DNA of 10,271 bases from a virus (IMGVR_UViG_2917855067_000001:1-10271), one strand, 5' to 3'; positions 1 to 6,766 are shown, numbered from the stretch's first letter. Notes: a model not told the origin generated them from the sequence alone. Made by a program: numbers and translations.

Positions 1-296
1 TCAACTCACGTATTTCAATCTGCTCAGGTGTCATGGTAAAGCAGGTGGATTTTCCCGCTTCGCTCTTCTTTCAGTTGTCGAACCCATTTATCCATCGTGG
101 ATTTGCCGACATTCATCGCAGTGGCAGCGGCGGCAACGGTGTAATGCTGATCGAGTACAAGCTGGGCAGCCTCGAGGCGAAACTCGGGGCTAAAATTGCG
201 TCTGTTACGTCCGGTCATAATGTCACCTGTTTTGACTATGAGGTGATGATATCACCTCTATTCAGGTGGCCAAATTTACTATGCCACTACATTTCA
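1..296 (-). mobile_element. IS3-family insertion sequence, one end only (element continues beyond window start)
   Basis: Contains an orfA-type ORF (24..218) whose product resembles IS911/IS3-group OrfA (RNFS.EF...AQLV.DQ.YTVA.AA.AM.VG.STM..WV.QL..ER.GK), with ..[10 protein letters not shown] continuing in another frame at the window edge. About 80 bp of leader separates the orfA start from a putative 5'-TG terminus (complement of CA near 295-296). Exact boundary and IS name cannot be fixed without a reference inverted repeat. Confidence 0.7.
24..218 (-). CDS. IS3-family transposase OrfA (HTH DNA-binding part), apparently frame-disrupted
   Basis: 64-codon [59 protein letters not shown]..., matching recalled IS911 OrfA up to ..ERQGK. 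The expected continuation (GK-S/T-..[10 protein letters not shown]) is readable only in a different frame after the A-run in GGGAAAA, so a 1-nt indel or sequencing error is likely. Confidence 0.6.
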   Translation of the reverse strand: MTGRNRRNFSPEFRLEAAQLVLDQHYTVAAAATAMNVGKSTMDKWVRQLKEERSGKIHLLYHDT

Positions 297-378
297 TCGC
301 TTTATTTGCTTCAAGCCACATTTTTGAATCACCAATAAATCGGGCTATTACTGCTTTGTTTTGTGCTGCACGAAGCAT
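297..378 (-). pseudogene. kil: kil-like gene, 5' fragment truncated by the IS insertion
   Basis: Reverse-strand reading from ATG (complement of 376..378) gives MLRAAQNKAVIARFIGDSKMWLEANKA, which resembles recalled lambda Kil (..KFTIATFIGDEKMFREAVDA..). The frame runs straight into the IS terminus, so the 3' part of the gene is missing. Confidence 0.45.
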
Positions 379-392
379 CTGGTGATTGATGG

Positions 393-527
393 CTATTTCA
401 TTGCGCATAACGCCTCCAGTTGTTTCTTTGCTGCTCTGATTAATTGTTTAACTCGGCGTGATAATTCAGATTCGTGCGGGTAGAAAGCGGACATGACGCC
501 GCTACCCGCGAGCTGAAAGTGCATCAT
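393..527 (-). CDS. cIII-like small protein (putative FtsH inhibitor)
   Basis: 44-aa ORF MMHFQLAGSGVMSAFYPHESELSRRVKQLIRAAKKQLEALCAMK. A Shine-Dalgarno AAGGAG (complement of 534..540) sits 6 nt upstream of the ATG. Position between ea10 and kil matches lambda gene order, and the helical region resembles cIII (..ESLLERITRKL..). Internal start of the 61-aa track ORF. Confidence 0.5.
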   Translation of the reverse strand: MMHFQLAGSGVMSAFYPHESELSRRVKQLIRAAKKQLEALCAMK

Positions 528-602
528 GGGTAACTCCTTATATTTGATTGCATAACGAAAATGCCTCTGGTGAAGCATTATTGGTATGCGGTAAAGCCGC
601 GC

Positions 603-971
603 TCAGGCGGCTTTGATAGTCATATCATCTGAATCAAATATTCCTGATGTATCGATATCGGTAATTCTTATTCCTTCACTACCATCCATTGGAGGCCATC
701 CTTCCTGACCATTTCCATCATCCCAGTCGAACTCACAAACAACACCATATGCATTTAAGTCTTTCGAAATTGCTATAAGCAGAGCATGTTGCGCCAGCAT
801 GATTAATACAGCATTTAATACAGCGCCGTGTTTATTGAGTCGGTATTCAGAGTCTGACCAGAAATTATTAATCTGGTGAAGTTTTTCCTCTGTCATTACG
901 TCATGGTCGATTTCAATTTCTATTGATGCTTTCCAGTCGTAATCAATGATGTATTTTTTGATGTTTGACAT
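603..971 (-). CDS. ea10: Ea10-like early protein (lambda ea10 family)
   Basis: 122-aa ORF MSNIKKYIIDYDWKASIEIEIDHDVMTEEKLHQINNFW..., matching my recollection of lambda Ea10 in sequence and length. GAGGA-type ribosome-binding site upstream. Sits between ral and cIII as in lambda. Confidence 0.7.
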   Translation of the reverse strand: MSNIKKYIIDYDWKASIEIEIDHDVMTEEKLHQINNFWSDSEYRLNKHGAVLNAVLIMLAQHALLIAISKDLNAYGVVCEFDWDDGNGQEGWPPMDGSEGIRITDIDTSGIFDSDDMTIKAA

Positions 972-990
972 CTATTCATATCCTCATAGA

Positions 991-1017
991 TAAAAAATCG
1001 CCCTCACACTGGAGGGC
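991..1017 (-). terminator. Rho-independent terminator candidate between ral and ea10
   Basis: On the minus strand, hairpin GCCCTC-cagtgt-GAGGGC (plus coordinates 1000..1017) is followed by GATTTTTTA. It lies about 30 nt upstream of the ea10 start. Confidence 0.5.
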
Positions 1018-1153
1018 AAAGAAGATTTCCAATAATCAGAACAAGTCGGCTCCTGTTTAGTTACGAGCGACATTGCTCCGTGTATTCACTCGTTGGAATG
1101 AATACACAGTGCTGTGTTTATTCTGTTGTTTATGCCAAAAATAAAGGCCACCA

Positions 1154-1354
1154 TCAGGCAGCATTGTTATTCTGTTTACCAAGTTCTCTGGCAATCATTG
1201 CCGTCGTTCGTATTGCCCATTTATCGACATATTTCCCATCTTCCATTACAGGAAACATTTCTTCAGGCTTAACCATGCATTCCGATTGCAGCTTGCATCC
1301 ATTGCATCGTTTGAATTGTCCACACCATTGATTTTTATCAATAGTCGTAGTCAT
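1154..1354 (-). CDS. ral: Ral (restriction alleviation protein)
   Basis: 66-aa ORF MTTTIDKNQWCGQFKRCNGCKLQSECMVKPEEMFPVMEDGKYVDKWAIRTTAMIARELGKQNNNAA, matching recalled lambda Ral nearly residue for residue. Has a 4-Cys cluster. Position downstream of N in the pL operon fits. Confidence 0.8.
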   Translation of the reverse strand: MTTTIDKNQWCGQFKRCNGCKLQSECMVKPEEMFPVMEDGKYVDKWAIRTTAMIARELGKQNNNAA

Positions 1355-1424
1355 ACGGATAGTCCTGGTATTGCTCCATCACATCCTGCGGATGCTCTTC
1401 GAACTCTTCAAATTCTTCTTCCAT
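1338..1424 (-). CDS. Small acidic peptide, lambda orf28-like (28 aa)
   Basis: Minus-strand ORF MEEEFEEFEEHPQDVMEQYQDYPYDYDY (28 codons plus TGA) overlaps the ral start by 17 nt in a different frame. This is the arrangement I recall for lambda orf28 and ral. Confidence 0.45.
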   Translation of the reverse strand: MEEEFEEFEEHPQDVMEQYQDYPYDYDY

Positions 1425-1530
1425 ATCTCACCTTAAATAAGTGGTTTGCTGCCTAATTTCATTTTCTGGCGACCAACACAAGTTACACCCATTTCACTGC
1501 GTGGCTTGCTGTAATAAATTCGGTTAGTTC

Positions 1531-1557
1531 GGACAATAATAAACCCACCGAAGTGGG
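1531..1557 (-). terminator. Rho-independent terminator candidate in the pL operon
   Basis: On the minus strand, hairpin CCCAC-ttcg-GTGGG (plus 1544..1557) is followed by TTTATTATTG. It lies between the 88-aa ORF and orf28/ral, and would be read through under N antitermination. Confidence 0.45.
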
Positions 1558-1630
1558 CTATGACCATTTTTTATTTGGATTTCGTTGGTGAGCGTGGTTA
1601 ACAACTCTGTGCATTACATCCTCATATTTT

Positions 1631-1897
1631 TCATCTGCAATTTTTTTCTACATCTCGAGGAAATGGTGTTGCTAATGCTTTGTCAACTTTGTCCATTGGG
1701 TCTTCATTAATCTTATATTCCGGACCGTCATCTATAGCATTAAATCCAGGTGTTACACCGTTTTCTAATGCATATGCCATTCTCTTTTCCCATCTCGTTA
1801 TTCTCCTTCTGTCTTGAGGTGTAAGACCTCTATCAAATACTTTCCTGTTTTGTCCGCAGTTAGGGTTAACATAGATAGTCTTTTTCACCATAAGCAT
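1631..1897 (-). CDS. Hypothetical protein, AT-rich ORF immediately downstream of N (the slot where lambda has sieB)
   Basis: ORF ..MLMVKKTIYVNPNCGQNRKVFDRGLTPQDRRRITRWEKRMAYALENGVTPGFNAIDDGPEYKINEDPMDKVDKALATPFPRDVEKNCR. Start choice is uncertain (ATG at 1897 or 1891; the track uses TTG at 1903). It abuts the N stop codon. No family recognised. Visibly more AT-rich than its neighbours. Confidence 0.55.
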   Translation of the reverse strand: MLMVKKTIYVNPNCGQNRKVFDRGLTPQDRRRITRWEKRMAYALENGVTPGFNAIDDGPEYKINEDPMDKVDKALATPFPRDVEKNCR

Positions 1898-1899
1898 AC

Positions 1900-2205
1900 T
1901 CAATAAGCACCGTACGGTGGTTTACTATACAATCTTATTCTTTGAACTGCATGTATCTTGTTTCCTAATGGGTTTAAATCCTTGTAGTAAACCCTCCTAT
2001 TTTTTTTCTCGACTTCATCTACTTTCTTGCAGAGAAGGCTGCCAAGTGATGCTGCTTTGTCTGCTCTGACGCAACCAGAGAGTTTTAGCGCAATCTTTCG
2101 CGCCAGTCTCTGTTCTTTCATTGCCTGTTCACGTTGAGCCTGTCTGCGTGCTCTGCGGCGATTTCTGGCGTTATCGTCAGCCAGATATGTAATGACTACT
2201 GTCAT
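1900..2205 (-). CDS. N: N-like transcription antiterminator (arginine-rich motif)
   Basis: 101-aa ORF MTVVITYLADDNARNRRRARRQAQREQ... with an N-terminal arginine-rich motif typical of lambdoid N proteins. Shine-Dalgarno GGAGG 5 nt upstream. nutL lies about 115 nt upstream. First gene leftward of pL. Confidence 0.75.
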   Translation of the reverse strand: MTVVITYLADDNARNRRRARRQAQREQAMKEQRLARKIALKLSGCVRADKAASLGSLLCKKVDEVEKKNRRVYYKDLNPLGNKIHAVQRIRLYSKPPYGAY

Positions 2206-2231
2206 GTTGACCTCCGATGATTGACTTTAGC

Positions 2232-2297
2232 GGTGACGTAACTGGGGGAGGGAGGTTAACTCCCTGATGCTGTTGCGCGGCTGCACTTTACGTCACC
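2232..2297 (-). promoter_or_regulatory. Large inverted repeat in the N leader (candidate RNase III / translational control stem)
   Basis: Perfect 10-bp arms GGTGACGTAA (2232..2241) and TTACGTCACC (2288..2297) enclose an inner hairpin GGGAG-gttaa-CTCCC. The location, between nutL and the N ribosome-binding site, matches where lambda has its RNase III-processed leader structure. Confidence 0.4.
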
Positions 2298-2319
2298 CCA
2301 AAGCCAACTACTCTTTGGT

Positions 2320-2361
2320 TCCCGCATTTCGGCGGGACAATCCCATCAATGTTAAAGAGCC
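2320..2361 (-). promoter_or_regulatory. nutL (boxA + boxB)
   Basis: On the minus strand, boxA GCTCTTTAACA (complement of 2350..2360) is followed by a boxB hairpin TCCCGC-cgaaat-GCGGGA (complement of 2320..2337). The same boxB sequence recurs at nutR. Confidence 0.7.
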
Positions 2362-2399
2362 TGCCAATCTGTTCCGTTTGGCTACCAGCGTCCTGCTGA

Positions 2400-2490
2400 T
2401 GACTTAAATTTAAGATTTCTTTAATTGGTGGTCAAGGGTATTTTTGAAGAAAACTTAAATTTTATTGCGAAGTTTAAGTTTTGCTTTGAT
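2400..2490 (-). promoter_or_regulatory. OL operators and pL promoter (P22-type operator half-sites)
   Basis: OL1 ATTTAAGATTTCTTTAAT (2408..2425) has the same symmetric arms as OR1. Further ..TTAAG/CTT.. sites occur at about 2450..2490. A -35-like TTGACC on the minus strand is the complement of 2430..2435. The -10 is not clear-cut. Confidence 0.5.
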
Positions 2491-2496
2491 TTTTAA

Positions 2497-2526
2497 AGGA
2501 AAGAAAAAAGGGGCGAATGCCCCTTA
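2497..2526 (-). terminator. Rho-independent terminator directly after the c2 stop codon
   Basis: On the minus strand, hairpin GGGGC-attc-GCCCC (plus 2510..2523) is followed by TTTTTTCTTTCC. Confidence 0.65.
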
Positions 2527-3174
2527 TGGAAGGTTTGCTATTTTTGCATCGACAACTACACCGATGATTTTGCAGTTCCCGTTGATCTCAATCATCGGAT
2601 ATTGTGGGTTAAGTGGTTTTAGAAACCTTCTGCCAGCATCAATAACTAACTTCTTGAAAGTTGCCTCGTTTTCTCCTTCGAGCTTTGCCACTACCAGCTT
2701 CCCATTACGAGGTTCTACTTCAGGATCGACTAGTATTATCATCCCTTCCGGGATGCTAAGACCGGCTGGAGCCGTCATCGAATCACCCTTTACGTCCAGC
2801 CAAAACGAATCTTCTGAACAATCTACGGTTGTATCGTACCAGTTATCTATTGCACGCTTATGATATGGCTCTACAGCTTCCATCCAACATCCTGCGCTTA
2901 CCCAACTAATTAGAGGATACGAACCTCTTGGATCATGCCTGCTGTGATAGGCAATGTTTGAAAGACTATCTTCTCCTTTCAACAAGTAATCAGGGGAGCA
3001 CTGCAAAGCCTTGGCTAAGGCCAATAGGTTTTCGCCATTGGGCTCAGTTTCAGAACGCTCCCATTGGGAAATAGCAACATTAGACACGCCAACCATCTTG
3101 CCAAGGGCAGCCTGCCTAATCTTGAGTTCTTTTCTGCGAGCGCGAATACGCTCACCCATCAGTTGTGTATTCAT
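2524..3174 (-). CDS. c2: Prophage repressor, P22 C2-type (LexA/S24 peptidase family, lambda cI functional analogue)
   Basis: 216-aa ORF MNTQLMGERIRARRKELKIRQAALGKMVGVSNVAISQWERSETEPNGENLLALAKALQCSPDYLLKG..., near-identical to my recollection of P22 C2. N-terminal HTH and C-terminal S24 autocleavage domain (..GDSM.., ..KIIGVVV..). Divergent from cro across an operator-rich intergenic region. Confidence 0.92.
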   Translation of the reverse strand: MNTQLMGERIRARRKELKIRQAALGKMVGVSNVAISQWERSETEPNGENLLALAKALQCSPDYLLKGEDSLSNIAYHSRHDPRGSYPLISWVSAGCWMEAVEPYHKRAIDNWYDTTVDCSEDSFWLDVKGDSMTAPAGLSIPEGMIILVDPEVEPRNGKLVVAKLEGENEATFKKLVIDAGRRFLKPLNPQYPMIEINGNCKIIGVVVDAKIANLP

Positions 3175-3182
3175 AGTTAAGA

Positions 3183-3240
3183 CATCTTAAATAAACTTGA
3201 CTTAAGATTCCTTTGATAGATAATTTAAGTGTTCTTTAAT
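3183..3240. promoter_or_regulatory. OR operators with divergent pR/pRM
   Basis: P22-type 18-bp operators ATTTAAGTGTTCTTTAAT (3223..3240) and ACTTAAGATTCCTTTGAT (3200..3217), plus a third TTAA-containing site near 3183..3200. pR: -35 TTGACT (3197..3202), 16-bp spacer, -10 GATAAT (3219..3224), with cro ATG at 3255. Confidence 0.7.
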
Positions 3241-3254
3241 TTCGGAGCGAGTCT

Positions 3255-3440
3255 ATGTACAAGAAAGATGTTATCGACCACTTCGGAACCCAGCGTGCGG
3301 TAGCTAAAGCGTTAGGCATTAGCGATGCAGCAGTCTCTCAGTGGAAGGAAGTCATCCCAGAGAAAGACGCCTATCGACTGGAAGTCGTTACAGCTGGCGC
3401 CCTGAAGTATCAAGAAAGCGCTTACCGCAAAGCGGCATAA
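3255..3440 (+). CDS. cro: Cro (P22-type)
   Basis: 61-aa ORF MYKKDVIDHFGTQRAVAKALGISDAAVSQWKEVIPEKDAYRLEVVTAGALKYQESAYRKAA, matching recalled P22 Cro. Confidence 0.92.
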   Translation: MYKKDVIDHFGTQRAVAKALGISDAAVSQWKEVIPEKDAYRLEVVTAGALKYQESAYRKAA

Positions 3441-3446
3441 GCAAAT

Positions 3447-3490
3447 TGCTCTTTAACAGTCATGGTCCTCATTCCCGCCGAAATGCGGGA
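3447..3490 (+). promoter_or_regulatory. nutR (boxA + boxB)
   Basis: boxA TGCTCTTTAACA (3447..3458), identical to the rrn-type boxA core, followed by boxB hairpin TCCCGC-cgaaat-GCGGGA (3473..3490). Lies just downstream of cro. Confidence 0.75.
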
Positions 3491-3548
3491 ATACAACGCG
3501 CATCAGTTGGTGCGTATAACTTCTTATTTGTTAAGGAAATACTTACAT

Positions 3549-3827
3549 ATGCAACTTACAAGTACTCGCAAGAAAGCGAATGCAATCACAAGCAATATCC
3601 TAAATCGAATTGCTGTACGTGGTCAGCGAAAGGTTGCTGATGCATTAGGGATTAATGAATCGCAAATTTCGCGATGGAAAGACAGCTTTATCCCAAAGAT
3701 GGCCATGCTTCTGGCTGTGCTGGAGTGGGGTGTTGAAGACGAGGAATTAGCAGAGCTGGCAAAGAAAGTAGCCATGGTGCTGACAAAAGAAAAGCCTCAA
3801 GACTGCTGCAACAGTTTTGAGGCCTGA
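3549..3827 (+). CDS. c1: cII-like transcriptional activator (P22 C1-type)
   Basis: ATG at 3549 within the 3462..3827 track ORF gives MQLTSTRKKANAITSNILNRIAVRGQRKVADALGINESQISRWKDSFIPKMAMLLAVLEWGVEDEELAELAKK..., matching recalled P22 C1 / the lambda cII family. Confidence 0.8.
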   Translation: MQLTSTRKKANAITSNILNRIAVRGQRKVADALGINESQISRWKDSFIPKMAMLLAVLEWGVEDEELAELAKKVAMVLTKEKPQDCCNSFEA

Positions 3828-3861
3828 TGTAGAAAGACTGGCTCAATCCACAGGAGTAATT

Positions 3862-4023
3862 ATGACAAAACGTCGTAAGAAATACCAGGAAAAAGAAGAG
3901 ATTCGACACCCTGATTCACCTGAGGGATTAGTGGTAGCCGCAGCAAATAACAGGGCGTTCGCAGAGCGCCTTGTTGGTGTTTACAGACTAGCCAAAGCAG
4001 GAGTGAAACATGGGCGTCGTTAA
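3862..4023 (+). CDS. Hypothetical small basic protein between c1 and the O-like gene
   Basis: ATG at 3862 preceded by AGGAG at a good spacing. Product [53 protein letters not shown]. Its 3' end overlaps the O-like start by 14 nt. No family recognised. Confidence 0.4.
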   Translation: MTKRRKKYQEKEEIRHPDSPEGLVVAAANNRAFAERLVGVYRLAKAGVKHGRR

Positions 4024-4831
4024 GTTAGCTGATTACAGGCCTCAACTGGAGGTCGTGGAGCATCGCGTGGCAGATACCGAAGATGGTTTCATGCGCGTTG
4101 CTAACGAGATTACCGACAGTCTGCTGATGGCTGATTTAACCGTCCGGCAGTTGAAGGTGATGCTCGCTATCATGCGCAAGACATACGGATTCAATAAGCC
4201 GATGGATCGACTCACAAACACGCAGATAGCAGCCATGACAGGTATTCATCACACTCATGTTTGCGCTGCCAAGCGCCAGCTTATTGAGCGTAAATTCCTC
4301 ATTGCTGATGGCGTGAAAATCGGAGTGAACAAGGTGGTTTCTCAGTGGATTAGCCAGGACAGCTTAACATTAGCTAAAACAGCTAATAAAACATTAGCCA
4401 AGTCGGCTAATGGGTATAAGCCAAGTCAGCTAAACACAAAAGACAATATACAAAAGACAATAAATACAAATACCCCCTTACCCCCTAACGGGGGCGGCGA
4501 TGGGCAGGTTAAACCTGAACGTCGCAAGGCAGAACGAATCGACTACGAATCCTTCCTGAACGCCTACAACACCGAAGTCGGTGACAGACTGCCACACGCT
4601 GTTGCGGTCAACGAGAAACGCAAACGTCGCCTGAAGAAAATCATCCCGCAACTGAAAACGCCAAACGTGGACGGTTTCAGAGCGTATGTCAGGGCGTTTG
4701 TGCATCAGGCCAAGCCGTTTTACTTCGGAGACAACGACACGGGCTGGACGGCCGATTTTGATTACCTGCTGAGGGAAGACTCGTTAACGGGAGTACGGGA
4801 AGGGAAGTTTGCAGACAGGGGGATTGCATGA
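4010..4831 (+). CDS. Replication initiator, lambda O-like (P22 gene 18-type)
   Basis: 273-aa ORF with an N-terminal domain resembling lambda O (..[37 protein letters not shown]..). Iteron-like repeats and an AT-rich tract lie inside the gene, as for ori-lambda. AGGAG ribosome-binding site upstream. Stop overlaps the helicase start (ATGA). Confidence 0.85.
   Translation: MGVVKLADYRPQLEVVEHRVADTEDGFMRVANEITDSLLMADLTVRQLKVMLAIMRKTYGFNKPMDRLTNTQIAAMTGIHHTHVCAAKRQLIERKFLIADGVKIGVNKVVSQWISQDSLTLAKTANKTLAKSANGYKPSQLNTKDNIQKTINTNTPLPPNGGGDGQVKPERRKAERIDYESFLNAYNTEVGDRLPHAVAVNEKRKRRLKKIIPQLKTPNVDGFRAYVRAFVHQAKPFYFGDNDTGWTADFDYLLREDSLTGVREGKFADRGIA
4350..4475. repeat. Origin-like iteron array plus AT-rich tract inside the O-like gene
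   Basis: Four dyad-symmetric repeats of 17-18 bp spaced about 20-24 bp apart (TTAGCCAGGACAGCTTA, TTAGCTAAAACAGCTAA, TTAGCCAAGTCGGCTAA, TAAGCCAAGTCAGCTAA), followed by the A/T-rich run ACACAAAAGACAATATACAAAAGACAATAAATACAAATA and then a G/C palindrome CCCCC..GGGGG. Confidence 0.6.
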
Positions 4832-6204
4832 AACAGGATATCGAAGCGAGCGTTATCGGTGGCCTGCTGATTGGTGGATTAACACCAACCGCCAGCGACG
4901 TTCTGGCAACGCTGGAGCCGGAAGCGTTTTCAATTCCGCTCTACCGGAAAGCCTTCGAGGTTATCCGCAAGCAGGCGAGAAACAGAAACCTAATCGACGC
5001 GCTGATGGTTGCCGAGGCGTGCGGAGAGGAGCATTTCACGTCAATCCTGATGACCAGCAAAAACTGCCCGAGTGCCGCAAACCTGAAGGGATATGCCGGA
5101 ATGGTCGCGGATAACTATCACCGCCGTCTGGTGCTGGAAATCATGGATGAAATGCGTGAACCAATCCAAAGCGGAACCATCGACGCATCGAGTCAGGCGA
5201 TGGATGAACTTGTAAAACGGCTCTCAGCCATCAGAAAGCCCCGTGACGAGGTTAAACCTGTACGGTTAGGGGAAATCATCACTGACTACACTGACACGCT
5301 TGACAGGCGTCTGAGGAACGGAGAAGAGTCAGATACCCTGAAGACCGGAATCGAAGAACTTGACGCCATCACCGGAGGGATGAACGCGGAAGACCTGGTG
5401 ATTATCGCCGCTCGTCCTGGTATGGGGAAAACCGAACTGGCGCTGAAGATTGCCGAAGGCGTTGCAAGCCGCGTTATTCCTGGTTCTGACGTCCGGCGCG
5501 GAGTATTGATTTTCTCGATGGAAATGAGCGCATTGCAGATTGCAGAGCGAAGCATTGCCAACGCCGGGAGGATGTCGGTTAGCGTGCTGCGAAATCCTGC
5601 ATCGATGGATGACGAAGGCTGGGCGCGCGTTGCTAACGGCATGAGTCAGCTTGCAGATTTGGATGTATGGGTAGTCGATGCCTCGCGGTTATCTGTCGAA
5701 GAAATTCGCTCAATCGCAGAACGACACAAACAGGAAAATCCAAACCTGTCACTCATCATGGCGGATTATCTTGGCCTGATTGAGAAGCCGAAAGCAGACC
5801 GCAACGACCTCGCAATTGCTCACATCTCAGGAAGCCTTAAGGCGATGGCGAAAGACCTGAAAACGCCTGTTATCTCCCTAAGTCAGCTTTCACGCGATGT
5901 TGAGAAGCGACCAAACAAACGCCCGACAAACGCAGATTTGCGTGATTCAGGAAGCATTGAGCAGGACGCAGACTCAATCATCATGCTCTATCGGGAAGCG
6001 GTATATGACGAGAACAGTAGCGCCGCGCCATTTGCTGAAATCATCGTGACGAAAAACCGTTTTGGCTCACTTGGTACGGTTTACCAGCGGTTCTGTAACG
6101 GACACTTTGTTGCATGTGACCAGGATGAAGCCAGACAGATTTGCACAGCATCAAATGCACCTGCTGCGCGTGGCAGACGATATGCACAAGGGGCTGACGT
6201 ATGA
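4828..6204 (+). CDS. Replicative DNA helicase, DnaB family (P22 gene 12-type)
   Basis: 458-aa ORF with DnaB-like N-terminal domain and a Walker A motif ([15 protein letters not shown]). Translationally coupled to the O-like gene. Confidence 0.9.
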   Translation: MKQDIEASVIGGLLIGGLTPTASDVLATLEPEAFSIPLYRKAFEVIRKQARNRNLIDALMVAEACGEEHFTSILMTSKNCPSAANLKGYAGMVADNYHRRLVLEIMDEMREPIQSGTIDASSQAMDELVKRLSAIRKPRDEVKPVRLGEIITDYTDTLDRRLRNGEESDTLKTGIEELDAITGGMNAEDLVIIAARPGMGKTELALKIAEGVASRVIPGSDVRRGVLIFSMEMSALQIAERSIANAGRMSVSVLRNPASMDDEGWARVANGMSQLADLDVWVVDASRLSVEEIRSIAERHKQENPNLSLIMADYLGLIEKPKADRNDLAIAHISGSLKAMAKDLKTPVISLSQLSRDVEKRPNKRPTNADLRDSGSIEQDADSIIMLYREAVYDENSSAAPFAEIIVTKNRFGSLGTVYQRFCNGHFVACDQDEARQICTASNAPAARGRRYAQGADV

Positions 6205-6281
6205 CCATCTACATCACTGAGCTAATAACAGGTCTGCTGGTAATCGCAGGCCTTTTTATTTGGGGGAGAGGGAAGTCATGA
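6201..6281 (+). CDS. Putative small hydrophobic peptide (26 aa)
   Basis: ATG 6201 overlaps the helicase stop (ATGA). Product [26 protein letters not shown] is a single hydrophobic helix. Its stop overlaps the ninB ATG. Not in the ORF track because it is below the length cutoff. Confidence 0.3.
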   Translation: MTIYITELITGLLVIAGLFIWGRGKS

Positions 6282-6766
6282 AAAAGCTAACCTTTGAAAT
6301 TCGATCTCCAGCACATCAGCAAAACGCTATTCACGCAGTACAGCAAATCCTTCCAGACCCAACCAAACCAATCGTAGTAACCATTCAGGAACGCAACCGC
6401 AGCTTAGACCAGAATCGAAAGCTTTGGGCTTGCCTTGGTGACGTCTCTCGTCAGGTTGAATGGCATGGTCGCTGGCTGGATGCAGAAAGCTGGAAGTGCG
6501 TTTTTACAGCAGCATTAAAGCAGCAGGACGTTGCTGAGGTAACAGGCGCAACAGTAACCAGCATAAATCAGGCTGCGGCTAAAATGGCGCGGGCAGGAAT
6601 CTTAGTCATTGATGGTAAGGTCTGGCGAACGGTGTATTACCGGTTCGCTACCAGGGAAGAACGGGAAGGAAAGGTGAGCACGAATCTGATTTTCAAGGAG
6701 TGTCGCCAGAGTGCCGCGATGAAGCGGGTTTTATTTGTTTATGCGGCGGGGGGAGGAAATCAGTGA
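6278..6766 (+). CDS. ninB: NinB/Orf-family protein (recombination mediator) with divergent C-terminal half
   Basis: From ATG 6278 (Shine-Dalgarno GGGGGAGAGGG upstream), the first ~87 residues [85 protein letters not shown] match recalled lambda NinB. The remainder (AEVTGATVTSINQAAAKMARAG...) diverges from lambda but keeps a family-like pattern. Confidence 0.75.
   Translation: MKKLTFEIRSPAHQQNAIHAVQQILPDPTKPIVVTIQERNRSLDQNRKLWACLGDVSRQVEWHGRWLDAESWKCVFTAALKQQDVAEVTGATVTSINQAAAKMARAGILVIDGKVWRTVYYRFATREEREGKVSTNLIFKECRQSAAMKRVLFVYAAGGGNQ

Noticed and set aside
33-338. 101-aa plus-strand ORF antisense to the IS orfA
   Set aside because: It lies entirely opposite the recognisable OrfA-like frame and IS terminus, with no ribosome-binding site or family resemblance. 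Likely a chance ORF.
1080-1331. 83-aa plus-strand ORF overlapping ral on the opposite strand
   Set aside because: Antisense to a confidently identified gene (ral), low-complexity product, and it begins inside an inverted repeat.
2465-2863. 132-aa plus-strand ORF antisense to the c2 repressor
   Set aside because: It overlaps the operator region and the well-supported c2 gene. Shadow ORF.
3491-3548. tR1-type terminator between nutR and c1
   Set aside because: Only a weak hairpin (ACGC..GCGT) followed by a T-rich but interrupted tract. Lambda tR1 is Rho-dependent and cannot be recognised reliably by eye, so no call was made.
3341-3640. 99-aa ORF overlapping cro, nutR and the c1 start in another frame
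   Set aside because: It spans the nutR boxA/boxB sites and intergenic DNA, and conflicts with cro and c1, which have strong identity support.
3688-3909. 73-aa minus-strand ORF antisense to c1
   Set aside because: Antisense shadow of c1 and the downstream small ORF, with no start-site support.
4042-5642. Minus-strand ORFs (4042..4236, 4478..4705, 5286..5642) and alternate-frame ORF 4809..5114 inside the O-like and helicase genes
   Set aside because: All are contained within or antisense to the well-supported replication genes. Typical shadow ORFs.
6278-6766. ninB C-terminal divergence as a simple frameshift
   Set aside because: Translating the other two frames after ..KQQDV hits stops immediately (TAA/TGA), and the in-frame continuation retains a NinB/YbcN-like pattern (VTG..T.I.Q). 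A mosaic allele is more likely than a frameshift.
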